Shown here piece after piece: positions 28,715 to 37,469 of a stretch of DNA of 64,000 bases. Where the stretch lies: contig JAEOTS010000141.1 of assembly GCA_016839745.1 (NCBI GenBank), positions 2,138 to 66,137 on the forward strand, written 5' to 3'. Position numbers and translations under genes: made by a program. Positions within the stretch are counted from its first letter, which is position 1. Each line of letters starts with the position of its first letter. The DNA is from Promethearchaeota archaeon (lineage in GTDB: Archaea > Asgardarchaeota > Lokiarchaeia > Sigyniarchaeales > SOKP01). The notes beneath the pieces are model-generated. The model was given only the letters and a program-made list of their open reading frames with translations. It did no database searches and had not been told where the DNA came from.

Positions 28715-29356
28715 TTAAAAAGTTGTTGGAACGCCGGCTTTAATCAAACCATCTTTTATAGTCCTACCAAGAAGACCGGTTATTAGAACTCCAGAAATTA
28801 AAGCAAAAATAAAAGCTAAAGCCCATAAAGACCAATGTAAATACCATCGATCTTGTATTATCCAGAAGAACGGAGCTTGAAAGAAGTTTCCGAAGGCACC
28901 AGCAATTCCCCACCCTAATTTAGATTTACCTTCTCCTAATTTTTCCATGATATAAAACCCAAGTAGGAGCAATACGCCTTCCATAACATTGACAAATATT
29001 ATTAATAAACCCCAAGGATCGCCAAATAAGAATTCTAAAATACCTTTTGAAAGCATAGTCAAAACTATATTTTTCTTATTCTTCGTTAAACCATATATAA
29101 TACTTCCCCAAATAACATGATGTCCACTAACCAATTGTGTTCCCCCTACGAAAGGATACCATTTCATCAACAAACTGAATGGAATCAAACTGGATATGAC
29201 TCCACCCAATACCCCGATTATCGCAGAATAAATTAAATCTAAAGTTAATAGTCGTTTTGTACCTTTAGAACTATAACCGGTTTTCTTATAAGTCCCATTA
29301 AGTGTATCAGAATCTTTCAATTCCTTTAAATCGTTATTTTCTCCATTTGTAGACAA
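28715..29356 (-). CDS. putative ECF substrate-specific (S) membrane component
   Basis: About 5-6 TM small membrane protein, 4 nt upstream of the ECF ATPase gene. No specific substrate motif recognised. Confidence 0.5.
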   Translation of the reverse strand: MSTNGENNDLKELKDSDTLNGTYKKTGYSSKGTKRLLTLDLIYSAIIGVLGGVISSLIPFSLLMKWYPFVGGTQLVSGHHVIWGSIIYGLTKNKKNIVLTMLSKGILEFLFGDPWGLLIIFVNVMEGVLLLLGFYIMEKLGEGKSKLGWGIAGAFGNFFQAPFFWIIQDRWYLHWSLWALAFIFALISGVLITGLLGRTIKDGLIKAGVPTTF

Positions 29357-29385
29357 CAGTTGTTCAAATCCTATTTTATTAAATA

Positions 29386-29934
29386 TTAAACAATTTGTAT
29401 CATAATTTTATATAATTTTTCTATAGAATAATGTGAAGTATACTCTCCTTCTGGTATAATAGATTGATCTATTACTGATCTCAAGGGACCTTCTAAAGAA
29501 AGAGGAACGCTATTTTCTTCAAATGCTAGGATCACTAAATCAGGATTTGCTTCTACGATTGATAAATTAAGAAATTTTGGGGAAGAAAATCCATCCCGAC
29601 CATAGAATCGAAATTCCAATCTTGAAGAAGAGTGAAGAAGAAGGTTTTCTACCTCAAGTATACTCCAAAGTAATATTCCGGAATACACTACATCATACTC
29701 AGTATCAACCCTATTTTTTATATGAAAGGTTTTATCTTCCACGAGGTCATATTTTCCCGAAGTCAAGTCACTAAGAGATATTGATATAGGCGCTGAGATT
29801 CCGTTACCCTCTATCGTTATCTTATTAGGATCTTCGAATGGATCAAATTCCAAGGAAGCTATCATTATTAACCAAAAGGTTACTAGTCCAATTATAACAC
29901 TCGCCACTAATATATAAAAATTACGCGTTTCCAT
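29386..29934 (-). CDS. membrane-anchored extracytoplasmic protein, unknown function
   Basis: A single N-terminal TM (FYILVASVIIGLVTFWLIMIA) followed by a soluble domain. In line with the ECF genes. Confidence 0.5.
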   Translation of the reverse strand: METRNFYILVASVIIGLVTFWLIMIASLEFDPFEDPNKITIEGNGISAPISISLSDLTSGKYDLVEDKTFHIKNRVDTEYDVVYSGILLWSILEVENLLLHSSSRLEFRFYGRDGFSSPKFLNLSIVEANPDLVILAFEENSVPLSLEGPLRSVIDQSIIPEGEYTSHYSIEKLYKIMIQIV

Positions 29935-29970
29935 ATGATTTTAAGTTTATTTAATTATTCTAAGGATTAC

Positions 29971-31152
29971 TTAATATTCTATTATTATTTCAGTAACCCA
30001 TTTAGCATAGTTTGCTCGATTTCTACCAGGTATTTGTACATTAAAAGGTCCACTCGAATATGATAAGATTTTTGGTACAGGCCATGGATCATCAGGAATA
30101 CCATCGTATGTTTCTCCAAATTCTTGGATTTTCCACGCTAAATTCATAATCAAAGCCGTAACGGGAATTGGGACACCTGGACTAGTATCTGTTGCGTTAA
30201 CATAATCTACATCAGAACGAGGTATAACATGAGTTCCATTATTGTACATGCCGTTTTCGACTTCTGATTTATTATAAGGTGGTTCAGCTTTCCAAAATGG
30301 TGTTATAAATCCATCCGCAGCTCTAAACGTAACACCGTAATCAGGTGCAACATTAGCACTAGTCATGGCTATAATGTCTGAAACATTCTTGCCCCAATAT
30401 TGACGATTAGCACCCCAATCCGATGTGCTATCATATCGATAAACTGCCGTATCTGGATCTTGCATTAAGTCCCAAGCGTCTAAAGTAAGTTCAGTAGTTC
30501 CATTTACGATAACATCTATTGTCCAATTACTCATTACAGTAACTTGATTAAAGTTGTAGAAATTGTCATTAGGATACATTCCCATTATAGAAAAATTACC
30601 CATTGAGGAATAGTAAGGAGAATCTTGTAACCACTCTTGGTTTATAGCCAATACTAATATAAAATATGTTTTACCTTTCTTGGCATAACTTTTTGTAATG
30701 ATATCAGCTGTGTGAATTTCTTTAGTTTCAGAATCTTCAGTATCAAACTCAAGCTTTCCAGCAAAGAAAATACTTTTGTCCTCTAAAATATCTAGAATGT
30801 TTACTCCAGTTATATACTGTCCTGATATCGGATCTTGAATGGTGGTTAATTCAAGGTAATTTTTCCATTCTGACAACGAGTCAATTTCTAAGTCATCAAG
30901 ATAGACTTGGACTCCTTCTAATATTTCACCAAGAGTAATAACATGTTCTACACCATCTATATCGAATAACGAAAATGATGAGGCATTTGGGGCTGTACTC
31001 CAATCTTCTGGTAATCCTTGATGATAAAGAGTCGTTGGAGGTTCTTCAGCAAATGGATTAGCAACGATTACATAACCTAGCCCTCCTGCTAATCCCACAG
31101 CAACAATCGCTAATATACCGATTAGTACGTCTTTAGTATCTATTTTCCTCAT
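29971..31152 (-). CDS. membrane-anchored extracytoplasmic protein, unknown function
   Basis: N-terminal TM (VLIGILAIVAVGLAGGLGYVIV) plus a 360-aa Asp/Trp/Tyr-rich soluble region. First gene of the apparent ECF operon. Confidence 0.5.
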   Translation of the reverse strand: MRKIDTKDVLIGILAIVAVGLAGGLGYVIVANPFAEEPPTTLYHQGLPEDWSTAPNASSFSLFDIDGVEHVITLGEILEGVQVYLDDLEIDSLSEWKNYLELTTIQDPISGQYITGVNILDILEDKSIFFAGKLEFDTEDSETKEIHTADIITKSYAKKGKTYFILVLAINQEWLQDSPYYSSMGNFSIMGMYPNDNFYNFNQVTVMSNWTIDVIVNGTTELTLDAWDLMQDPDTAVYRYDSTSDWGANRQYWGKNVSDIIAMTSANVAPDYGVTFRAADGFITPFWKAEPPYNKSEVENGMYNNGTHVIPRSDVDYVNATDTSPGVPIPVTALIMNLAWKIQEFGETYDGIPDDPWPVPKILSYSSGPFNVQIPGRNRANYAKWVTEIIIEY

Positions 31153-31526
31153 ATTTTTTCAGTTTAAAATTATATACATTTTTTTAAATTTATTATTTTC
31201 CACTTCTCTCAAGCGAAAATTTACATACTTTGATGAGAAAAAAAATTCATACCATATAAAATTATGCGTTTGGTCTGAGGGGTAATATCGTGATCAATAA
31301 AGGTCTTAAGCCTAATCTAAGCATTTATAGGATTTTTTTATTTATATATTTACTTTTTCCATAGTTTTCGCCGTTTATGATGACTCTTTATCTTGAAATT
31401 CCAAAAAAGCTCCGAATTTTCTCACATAATTTTTCCAATAGCTAAATCTGATCAAATTTTAATAGATGAAACGCTATGTGTATTAAAATTAAGAATATAA
31501 TTGAACTAGTTAAAAATTGAAGAAAT

Positions 31527-32525
31527 ATGAAGAGGCGAAAAACCTTTTCGTTTTTAATGCTAATTTGCATTGTCGCTGCTAGCGCATTAGCAATTATATG
31601 GGTTGTAAACATTGAAAACGAAGGTCCGGGCGATAATGATCATTTTGTTTCGGGTACTTATATTCTCATTAATAATAACCACGCTCACCTGGAGGATTTA
31701 AAAAACATTCCAATTGAATGGATAGAAGAGGCTAAAACGAGCCTTAATATTGCTTATGGTCATACATCTCACGGAAGCCAATTAACTTCAGGCATGGATA
31801 ATTTAGATGCGTTTATGGGAGGCAACGATATTTATTTGTATGGCCCAAATGGTGCAGGTAATGACTCAATTCTTGAATTTTATGATTTTAATGGCGGATT
31901 CGGAGGTGCGTTAACAACAACTAGCGCAAGTGACCTTGGAAATCCTGACGATGATGCCTGGGCAGCTGCAACAGAAGAATATTTAGACCATCCAAATAAT
32001 CCTGGGACTAATGTTATCATGTGGTCTTGGTGTAATATAGGAGGTCACAATATTACGAAATACATTACACATATGGAATACCTAATTTCAGCATACTCTG
32101 CTGGTGGTATAAAAGGAAGAAATTCAACGAATGAGGTAAAATTTGTGTTTATGACTGGTCATGTTGATGGTGCAGGGATAAATGGAACAAATAACTTGCA
32201 AAATAATCTTATTCGAGAACATTGCTTAACCTATAATAGAACTCTATTTGACTTTGCTGATATTGAAAGTTACGATCCAGACGATAACTATTTTCTGGAT
32301 TTGAACGTTAATGATGATTGCAGCTATACAGGAGGTAACTGGGCATTAGAATGGATTGTAGGTAAAATTGAAATGACAAGCACTTCAGATACTGCATATA
32401 ATGAGCCTAATGGCGGAGATTGGTATCAATGTGGTGCTGCTCACACACATCCTCTAAATTCTAATTTAAAAGCTTATGCTTGTTGGTACCTTTTTGCTAG
32501 GTTAGCTGGTTGGGAAGGTAACTAA
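31527..32525 (+). CDS. secreted/anchored protein of unknown function
   Basis: N-terminal signal/anchor FSFLMLICIVAASALAIIWVV. No motif recognised with confidence. Confidence 0.5.
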   Translation: MKRRKTFSFLMLICIVAASALAIIWVVNIENEGPGDNDHFVSGTYILINNNHAHLEDLKNIPIEWIEEAKTSLNIAYGHTSHGSQLTSGMDNLDAFMGGNDIYLYGPNGAGNDSILEFYDFNGGFGGALTTTSASDLGNPDDDAWAAATEEYLDHPNNPGTNVIMWSWCNIGGHNITKYITHMEYLISAYSAGGIKGRNSTNEVKFVFMTGHVDGAGINGTNNLQNNLIREHCLTYNRTLFDFADIESYDPDDNYFLDLNVNDDCSYTGGNWALEWIVGKIEMTSTSDTAYNEPNGGDWYQCGAAHTHPLNSNLKAYACWYLFARLAGWEGN

Positions 32526-32564
32526 TTTTTTTTACATCTAAACAATTATGGAAACAAAATTTTT

Positions 32565-32645
32565 TCAGCTTAAAAACTAATTCTTGCATCTTTCTTCCGT
32601 GTACATTGTTCTTAATTGTTTTTCCCGGTTAATGTCAATTTTATA
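32565..32645 (-). pseudogene. decayed fragment duplicated from the coiled-coil/winged-helix gene at 33759-34496
   Basis: About 80% nucleotide identity by hand alignment to 33993-34078. The reverse strand still encodes EKQLRTMYTEE, identical to the intact gene, followed by a 1-nt deletion and a stop. Confidence 0.6.
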
Positions 32646-32701
32646 TTTAGTATTAGTCGGAGGTAAGAATTTTAAAAATTGAATTTATAAAATAGCAAAA
32701 A

Positions 32702-33628
32702 TTAGGTGACATCAAACAATTTTCTCAATTTATCAACTGTACTTAAATCAAATTTCTTAAATAAAGCATACGCAGCAATTGGCACGACACAGCCACAATT
32801 GTCACATAAAAGTGGTGAATTTCCCATGACGCAAAACTTCTGTTTTCCATCAGGAAAGAAACTTTTTATTTGACCAGTTTTAAATACACAATACGGCACA
32901 AATTCTTTTGATAGGTATACTTCTAGCATTTTTTTGGAATAAAAAATAAAATCTCCATATTCACGCATTACTTTTAAAATGTCTTTAATTGTCTTTTTTA
33001 AGATATTACCTTTTAATAAGAGGGGGTTATCAGGATAACTGGTATACATTAGAAATACTAATCCAAAAGCATCATTATTGTAAGCAATTTTGGCAATATC
33101 TTCAATCTCTTTATAATTTAAAGTCATAACGGTTGATGTAACGATTGGATTGGTCTCTTGAATATTTGAGATGACTTTATCAAAAATACTTGCTCCTCTT
33201 ATTTTATCATGAGTTTCCTTGGTACCATCTATACTTACCCAGTATTTCGGTTGTTTATATCCATTAAATCGAGGTAATTTTATAACGCCGTTTGATACAA
33301 CCTGTACTGAGGGGAAAATTTTAATCGCTTCTTTTATAACTTCCATTCTTAAAGTGGGTTCTCCACCAGTTAAAACAGCTGTTCTTGTTCCTAAATTTCT
33401 ATGGTATTTAAAAACTTTAATGAACTCTTTATCCGATAATTCCGTTCTTTTACATTTTAATTCCATTGCTGATGAGAAGAAATAGCAATGCTTACATTTT
33501 AGATTACATTGCCAAGTTAAGTCATAGTTCACATATAATGGAATGCTTCTTACTATTGACTGTAAAAATGGTGGACCCATAGAAAAAATATTTTTTAAAT
33601 TTTTCACATTGAATCGTCCCATAATCAA
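32702..33628 (-). CDS. radical SAM protein with C-terminal SPASM-like Cys cluster
   Basis: CNLKCKHCYF (CxxxCxxC), GGEPTL, and C-terminal CVMGNSPLLCDNCGCVVP. Confidence 0.85.
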   Translation of the reverse strand: MIMGRFNVKNLKNIFSMGPPFLQSIVRSIPLYVNYDLTWQCNLKCKHCYFFSSAMELKCKRTELSDKEFIKVFKYHRNLGTRTAVLTGGEPTLRMEVIKEAIKIFPSVQVVSNGVIKLPRFNGYKQPKYWVSIDGTKETHDKIRGASIFDKVISNIQETNPIVTSTVMTLNYKEIEDIAKIAYNNDAFGLVFLMYTSYPDNPLLLKGNILKKTIKDILKVMREYGDFIFYSKKMLEVYLSKEFVPYCVFKTGQIKSFFPDGKQKFCVMGNSPLLCDNCGCVVPIAAYALFKKFDLSTVDKLRKLFDVT

Positions 33629-33758
33629 TATAAGATTCGCTGTTTTAAAAATAAGTCTTAAATTAAATTAAAAGAGTATGATTTTTTACCAAATAGAAGA
33701 ATAGAGAAAGTTCGATTAAGTTTAGTGATTTTTTTTATAATTATAAATAAAAAAATAG

Positions 33759-34496
33759 TTAAGGCATGGTTATAACATTACTGTCTTCATCAAGTTTAAT
33801 TATACCCTTGACCGCGAGCTGTTTAATTGTTCTTACCGCCATGATTGGAGGTACAGACAGTAAATCCTTCAATTCATCAAGGTTACAGCTACCTTGCGAC
33901 ATAATAGTAGCTAGTATATCCACTTCAGATATTTCTTCTTTAGAATTTTCTATTAAAAACGAAGTGAAGTAATTATTCCTCTTGAGTTGTTTTAATTTAT
34001 AATCTAAGTTTTGCATTTTTTCTTCCGTATACATAGTTCTTAATTGTTTCTCGTTGTTTTCGTAATCAATTTTTTTCTGATCTAATTGCGAGTTATCGCT
34101 CTCCTTTAAAGCGATTTTTTCGTTCACAGAATTTAATTTAGATAAAAGATTTTCAAGCTCTAGCTTGGGTGCTTTAAGAGCATCCTTGACTTGTTCAAAG
34201 GAACCCTTTGCCTCAGTAAGTTTTAATTGCAAATTGTTCTTAGATGATTTTAGATTTTCTATTTTTTTATCTAAATCTTCAGATTTAGTTTTAAGTTCTG
34301 TTAATTCGCTATTTTGAGTCTCAATCTTTTCTTCTAATATTTGAATGTTAAACTGCTCTTTTTTCATCCTTTTCCATGTCAGACTTAAGTTTTGAATAAT
34401 ATTTTCACTATTTTTTTGAATAGTCTGTTGATATTCGTCAAAATATTTCTCCAGTTGCTCAATAGAGCCTAAAATATCTTGTAATTTTGAACTCAT
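33759..34496 (-). CDS. coiled-coil protein with C-terminal winged-helix-like domain
   Basis: About 180 aa of heptad-rich E/K/L/N sequence, then CNLDELKDLLSVPPIMAVRTIKQLAVKGIIKLDED. The start overlaps the stop of the upstream paralog (TAATG). Confidence 0.6.
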   Translation of the reverse strand: MSSKLQDILGSIEQLEKYFDEYQQTIQKNSENIIQNLSLTWKRMKKEQFNIQILEEKIETQNSELTELKTKSEDLDKKIENLKSSKNNLQLKLTEAKGSFEQVKDALKAPKLELENLLSKLNSVNEKIALKESDNSQLDQKKIDYENNEKQLRTMYTEEKMQNLDYKLKQLKRNNYFTSFLIENSKEEISEVDILATIMSQGSCNLDELKDLLSVPPIMAVRTIKQLAVKGIIKLDEDSNVITMP

Positions 34497-35275
34497 TAGA
34501 AATCAACCTCCTCTTCTAAAGTTATAGTACCTGCAACATTATCGTATTCAATAGGGGCACCTTCTTCAAGCATTTTAGTTATTATCTTTCGTGCTTGTTC
34601 TTCTTTCATGTCGATGGCTAATAAAATATTTTTAATATCCAATTTACTTCCCACTTGTAAAGCCTTTATGAATTGGTACAATTGAGAGCTGATATACCTC
34701 TTGTTAATCAAAATTTTCATAGCAGCTACTCTATTTTCATAAGATTCCACGAATTTTTCTTTCTTAACAAATGTTTGATTAAGTTCTGCTTCTAAATTCT
34801 TCAAGTTTTCTTCAAATTTTTCAACTTCTTTTGTTAAGGTAAAAAACTGATTCTCAAGTTCTTTAAAACGCTGATCTCGATTAGTTAACTCTTCCTTTTT
34901 TAATTGAATTGTTTCTTGGGTCTCTTTCAGATCGTTTTGATTTTCTTGAATCTTATGTTCTATGTCTTGACGATTTTTTGTCAATTCAGCGTTGTCTTCT
35001 TCAAACTTAATAATATCTCGTTGATTTTGGGATATCCTATTTTTAAGTGTACTTATCTCTTCTGTGTTGGATTCAATCGTTTTTAATAATAAGTTCTTTT
35101 CATCTTCATATTTCTCCAACTCTTCAACTACTTTTTCAGGTTGCATTCTTAATTTCGGGATATAGTCGCTATTCAAACTATTGATATCAACAATTATCGA
35201 AACCATTTTTTTAAGTGATGTTTTAGCATCTAATAAAGGTGTTTCACTCATTGTAAATTCTCCTTTATATCTCAA
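34496..35275 (-). CDS. coiled-coil protein with C-terminal winged-helix-like domain (tandem paralog)
   Basis: Same architecture as 33759-34496. C-terminus IKNILLAIDMKEEQARKIITKMLEEGAPIEYDNVAGTITL. Confidence 0.6.
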   Translation of the reverse strand: MRYKGEFTMSETPLLDAKTSLKKMVSIIVDINSLNSDYIPKLRMQPEKVVEELEKYEDEKNLLLKTIESNTEEISTLKNRISQNQRDIIKFEEDNAELTKNRQDIEHKIQENQNDLKETQETIQLKKEELTNRDQRFKELENQFFTLTKEVEKFEENLKNLEAELNQTFVKKEKFVESYENRVAAMKILINKRYISSQLYQFIKALQVGSKLDIKNILLAIDMKEEQARKIITKMLEEGAPIEYDNVAGTITLEEEVDF

Positions 35276-35344
35276 ATATAAATATAATTTACTTATGGAG
35301 CACCCATTATTAAATTTGTATTTTTCAAAACCACTTGAGATATA

Positions 35345-36181
35345 TTACATATCTTTTGATATTTCTTTGATGAAGTTTTCTTTGTTGATCTTAAGTCTTA
35401 AGCCTCTTCTACTCATAACGATATTTAAGTTCTCAATCAACTTTTCTGTGAAATATTTGAAATCAAAATGAATTGAAGGATTATTTCGGTAATAGCTCTT
35501 TAAAAAAAGGTTTATCAATTCAATTTTAGCTTTAGGAACGGATTTTTCAAAGATTCCTGGATTCGTGTCAAGTAAAGAACAACAAACCCATGCTATATCG
35601 TCAATATGATTTCCTTCATAAGAATCTTCGAAGTCTAAGCCGTATATCTCGTTTTTTAAAGGATTATAAATGAAGTCTCTTATCTGTGTATCTCCTTTGT
35701 TTAAAACTATAGTTTCTGAGTGATCTTCATTCTCTATTGTGTTATTTGTATGTAATTGATTAAACCAATCTGCTAATTTCTCAATAGAGGTAGAAATTTC
35801 TTTTTTAGTTTCAGGGTTTAAACTCTCTAATTCTGCAACATCAACTAATTTTTCATTTATAAAGTCGCATAAATTAACCCCTTTAATCTTTTCGAGAATT
35901 AAATAGGGTTTTTTATAATATAACACGCTAGGAATAAATAGATTTTGCTTTTTTAGTCTTGTTAAAGTGCTGTATTCGTTATCCGCATTATTGGTTCTAA
36001 ATATTTTAACGATTACTTCTTTAGGCAAGTGTTCTGTATCTCTATTAAATGATAGTCCGACAACAGAATTTTTCTTACTTTCAATAGGAAATAAAATAAA
36101 ATGATTAAATTTATCGACCAACTCTGGTAGATCATCTTGAAGATCTATAATAAGGTCTTTTCGTGTTTTTAAAAGCTCCAT
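35345..36181 (-). CDS. protein-kinase-like fold phosphotransferase (APH/choline-kinase-like)
   Basis: VIVKIF (beta3 Lys), hinge ILEKIKGVNL, GDTQIRDF catalytic-loop-like segment, and YGLDFEDSYEGNHIDDIAW (IDFE...D motif). Confidence 0.55.
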   Translation of the reverse strand: MELLKTRKDLIIDLQDDLPELVDKFNHFILFPIESKKNSVVGLSFNRDTEHLPKEVIVKIFRTNNADNEYSTLTRLKKQNLFIPSVLYYKKPYLILEKIKGVNLCDFINEKLVDVAELESLNPETKKEISTSIEKLADWFNQLHTNNTIENEDHSETIVLNKGDTQIRDFIYNPLKNEIYGLDFEDSYEGNHIDDIAWVCCSLLDTNPGIFEKSVPKAKIELINLFLKSYYRNNPSIHFDFKYFTEKLIENLNIVMSRRGLRLKINKENFIKEISKDM

Positions 36182-36364
36182 CTCAATAAAATGACAAAAA
36201 TATTCTGGAAGTCACTTAACTAATATCTATATATTAAAGGTAAAAGATAAATTTCTCTATTTCTATACTTAAAGTTCTAAGAGTGGAGATGTTCGGGTCA
36301 AAAATTATATAATTTATGAAATATCACAGTAACAAATAAAAAATTATATTTTATTGATATCATA

Positions 36365-37252
36365 ATGAACCGACAACAAAAACAGTACAAGCTTGGAGTT
36401 TTCTACGGACCCGACCCTGATACCGAAATGTTAGCTCAAAAATTCGTTGGAAACCTAATTAATGACGACGAATTTTGTAAAGCTTGTGAACTTCTTGAAA
36501 AAGATGTTAAATGTGATAAATGTAGGGAACATCTGGGTAATTTTTCGAGTTCAATTTTCTTTTACGATAAAATAGGTGAAAATGTTCCAGATTTCATTGA
36601 AGATCCTGAAGAATATTTACCAAAATCTTTACCTCAAGTAGAATTTATAATTGTTGTTGGAATTCATCAAGATTTGCTCTCAGGCTTGCCAGAATATTTG
36701 AAAGATAAAAATATTAAAGCTGTAATTGTTCCAGTTGAGAATCCTAAATGGGTGCAACCAGGATTACAAGTACAGGTATTAGAAGCTTTTGAAAGTTATG
36801 GAATTCAAGCTGCATTCCCAAAGCCTTTTTGCGCTTTAAGTAAGGAATTAGATGAATATAATCAAGAGGGGTTTAACATTACTAGGAAACGAAATTACAT
36901 AATAGATTTTATTGATCATTACAAAATTGGAGTTCCTATAGTCTCGTTCCTATTATCCAAAGATGGAAAATCAATTGAAGATTCCTGTGTTCTTCAATGT
37001 GCTCCCTGCGGTAGCTCTTATTTTGTGCTCCAACAATTAAAAGCTAAATATCTCGACAATGGAGAACTCAGCCTAAACGAAAGAATTAGTAAAGCACATC
37101 ACTCCTATCCTTGCAATGCTTCAATGGATCAAGATATGATATTGAAAGACTCTATCCTCCATGTAGGGGGGTACCTGATAAGGAATGCAGTTCGAAGAGA
37201 ATTAGGTTTAGAGGAACAGGAAGGTCAAAAATTGGTTTATGTTGTTAAATAG
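36365..37252 (+). CDS. Cys-rich protein, possibly DUF166 family
   Basis: CKACE...CDKC cluster, plus later CAL, CAPCGS and PC motifs. The family assignment is from memory only. Confidence 0.35.
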   Translation: MNRQQKQYKLGVFYGPDPDTEMLAQKFVGNLINDDEFCKACELLEKDVKCDKCREHLGNFSSSIFFYDKIGENVPDFIEDPEEYLPKSLPQVEFIIVVGIHQDLLSGLPEYLKDKNIKAVIVPVENPKWVQPGLQVQVLEAFESYGIQAAFPKPFCALSKELDEYNQEGFNITRKRNYIIDFIDHYKIGVPIVSFLLSKDGKSIEDSCVLQCAPCGSSYFVLQQLKAKYLDNGELSLNERISKAHHSYPCNASMDQDMILKDSILHVGGYLIRNAVRRELGLEEQEGQKLVYVVK

Positions 37253-37469
37253 TCTTTACCGCATTTCTAAATTAATTTAAGGTACCAATTTATAATTAAT
37301 AAAAATAAAAAGAGCTTGAGTTTTATCTTCCATTAATCTTAAACAGATGAAAATTTGTTGATATATAATAAGATATTAGTTGAGATATTCTATTTTTTAT
37401 TTTTGACTGAATATAGCTTCTTTTTATTATATAATATAAAGCTTTTTAGATATAACTAATTTACATTAA

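Noticed and set aside
29386-31152. Assigning the two anchored exoproteins to the molybdopterin-oxidoreductase-like (sulfite-oxidase family) fold on the basis of G(I/V)xLxxILE strings.
   Set aside because: The resemblance is a short, low-information motif recalled from memory, and no Mo-ligand Cys context was recognised. They are left as unknown.
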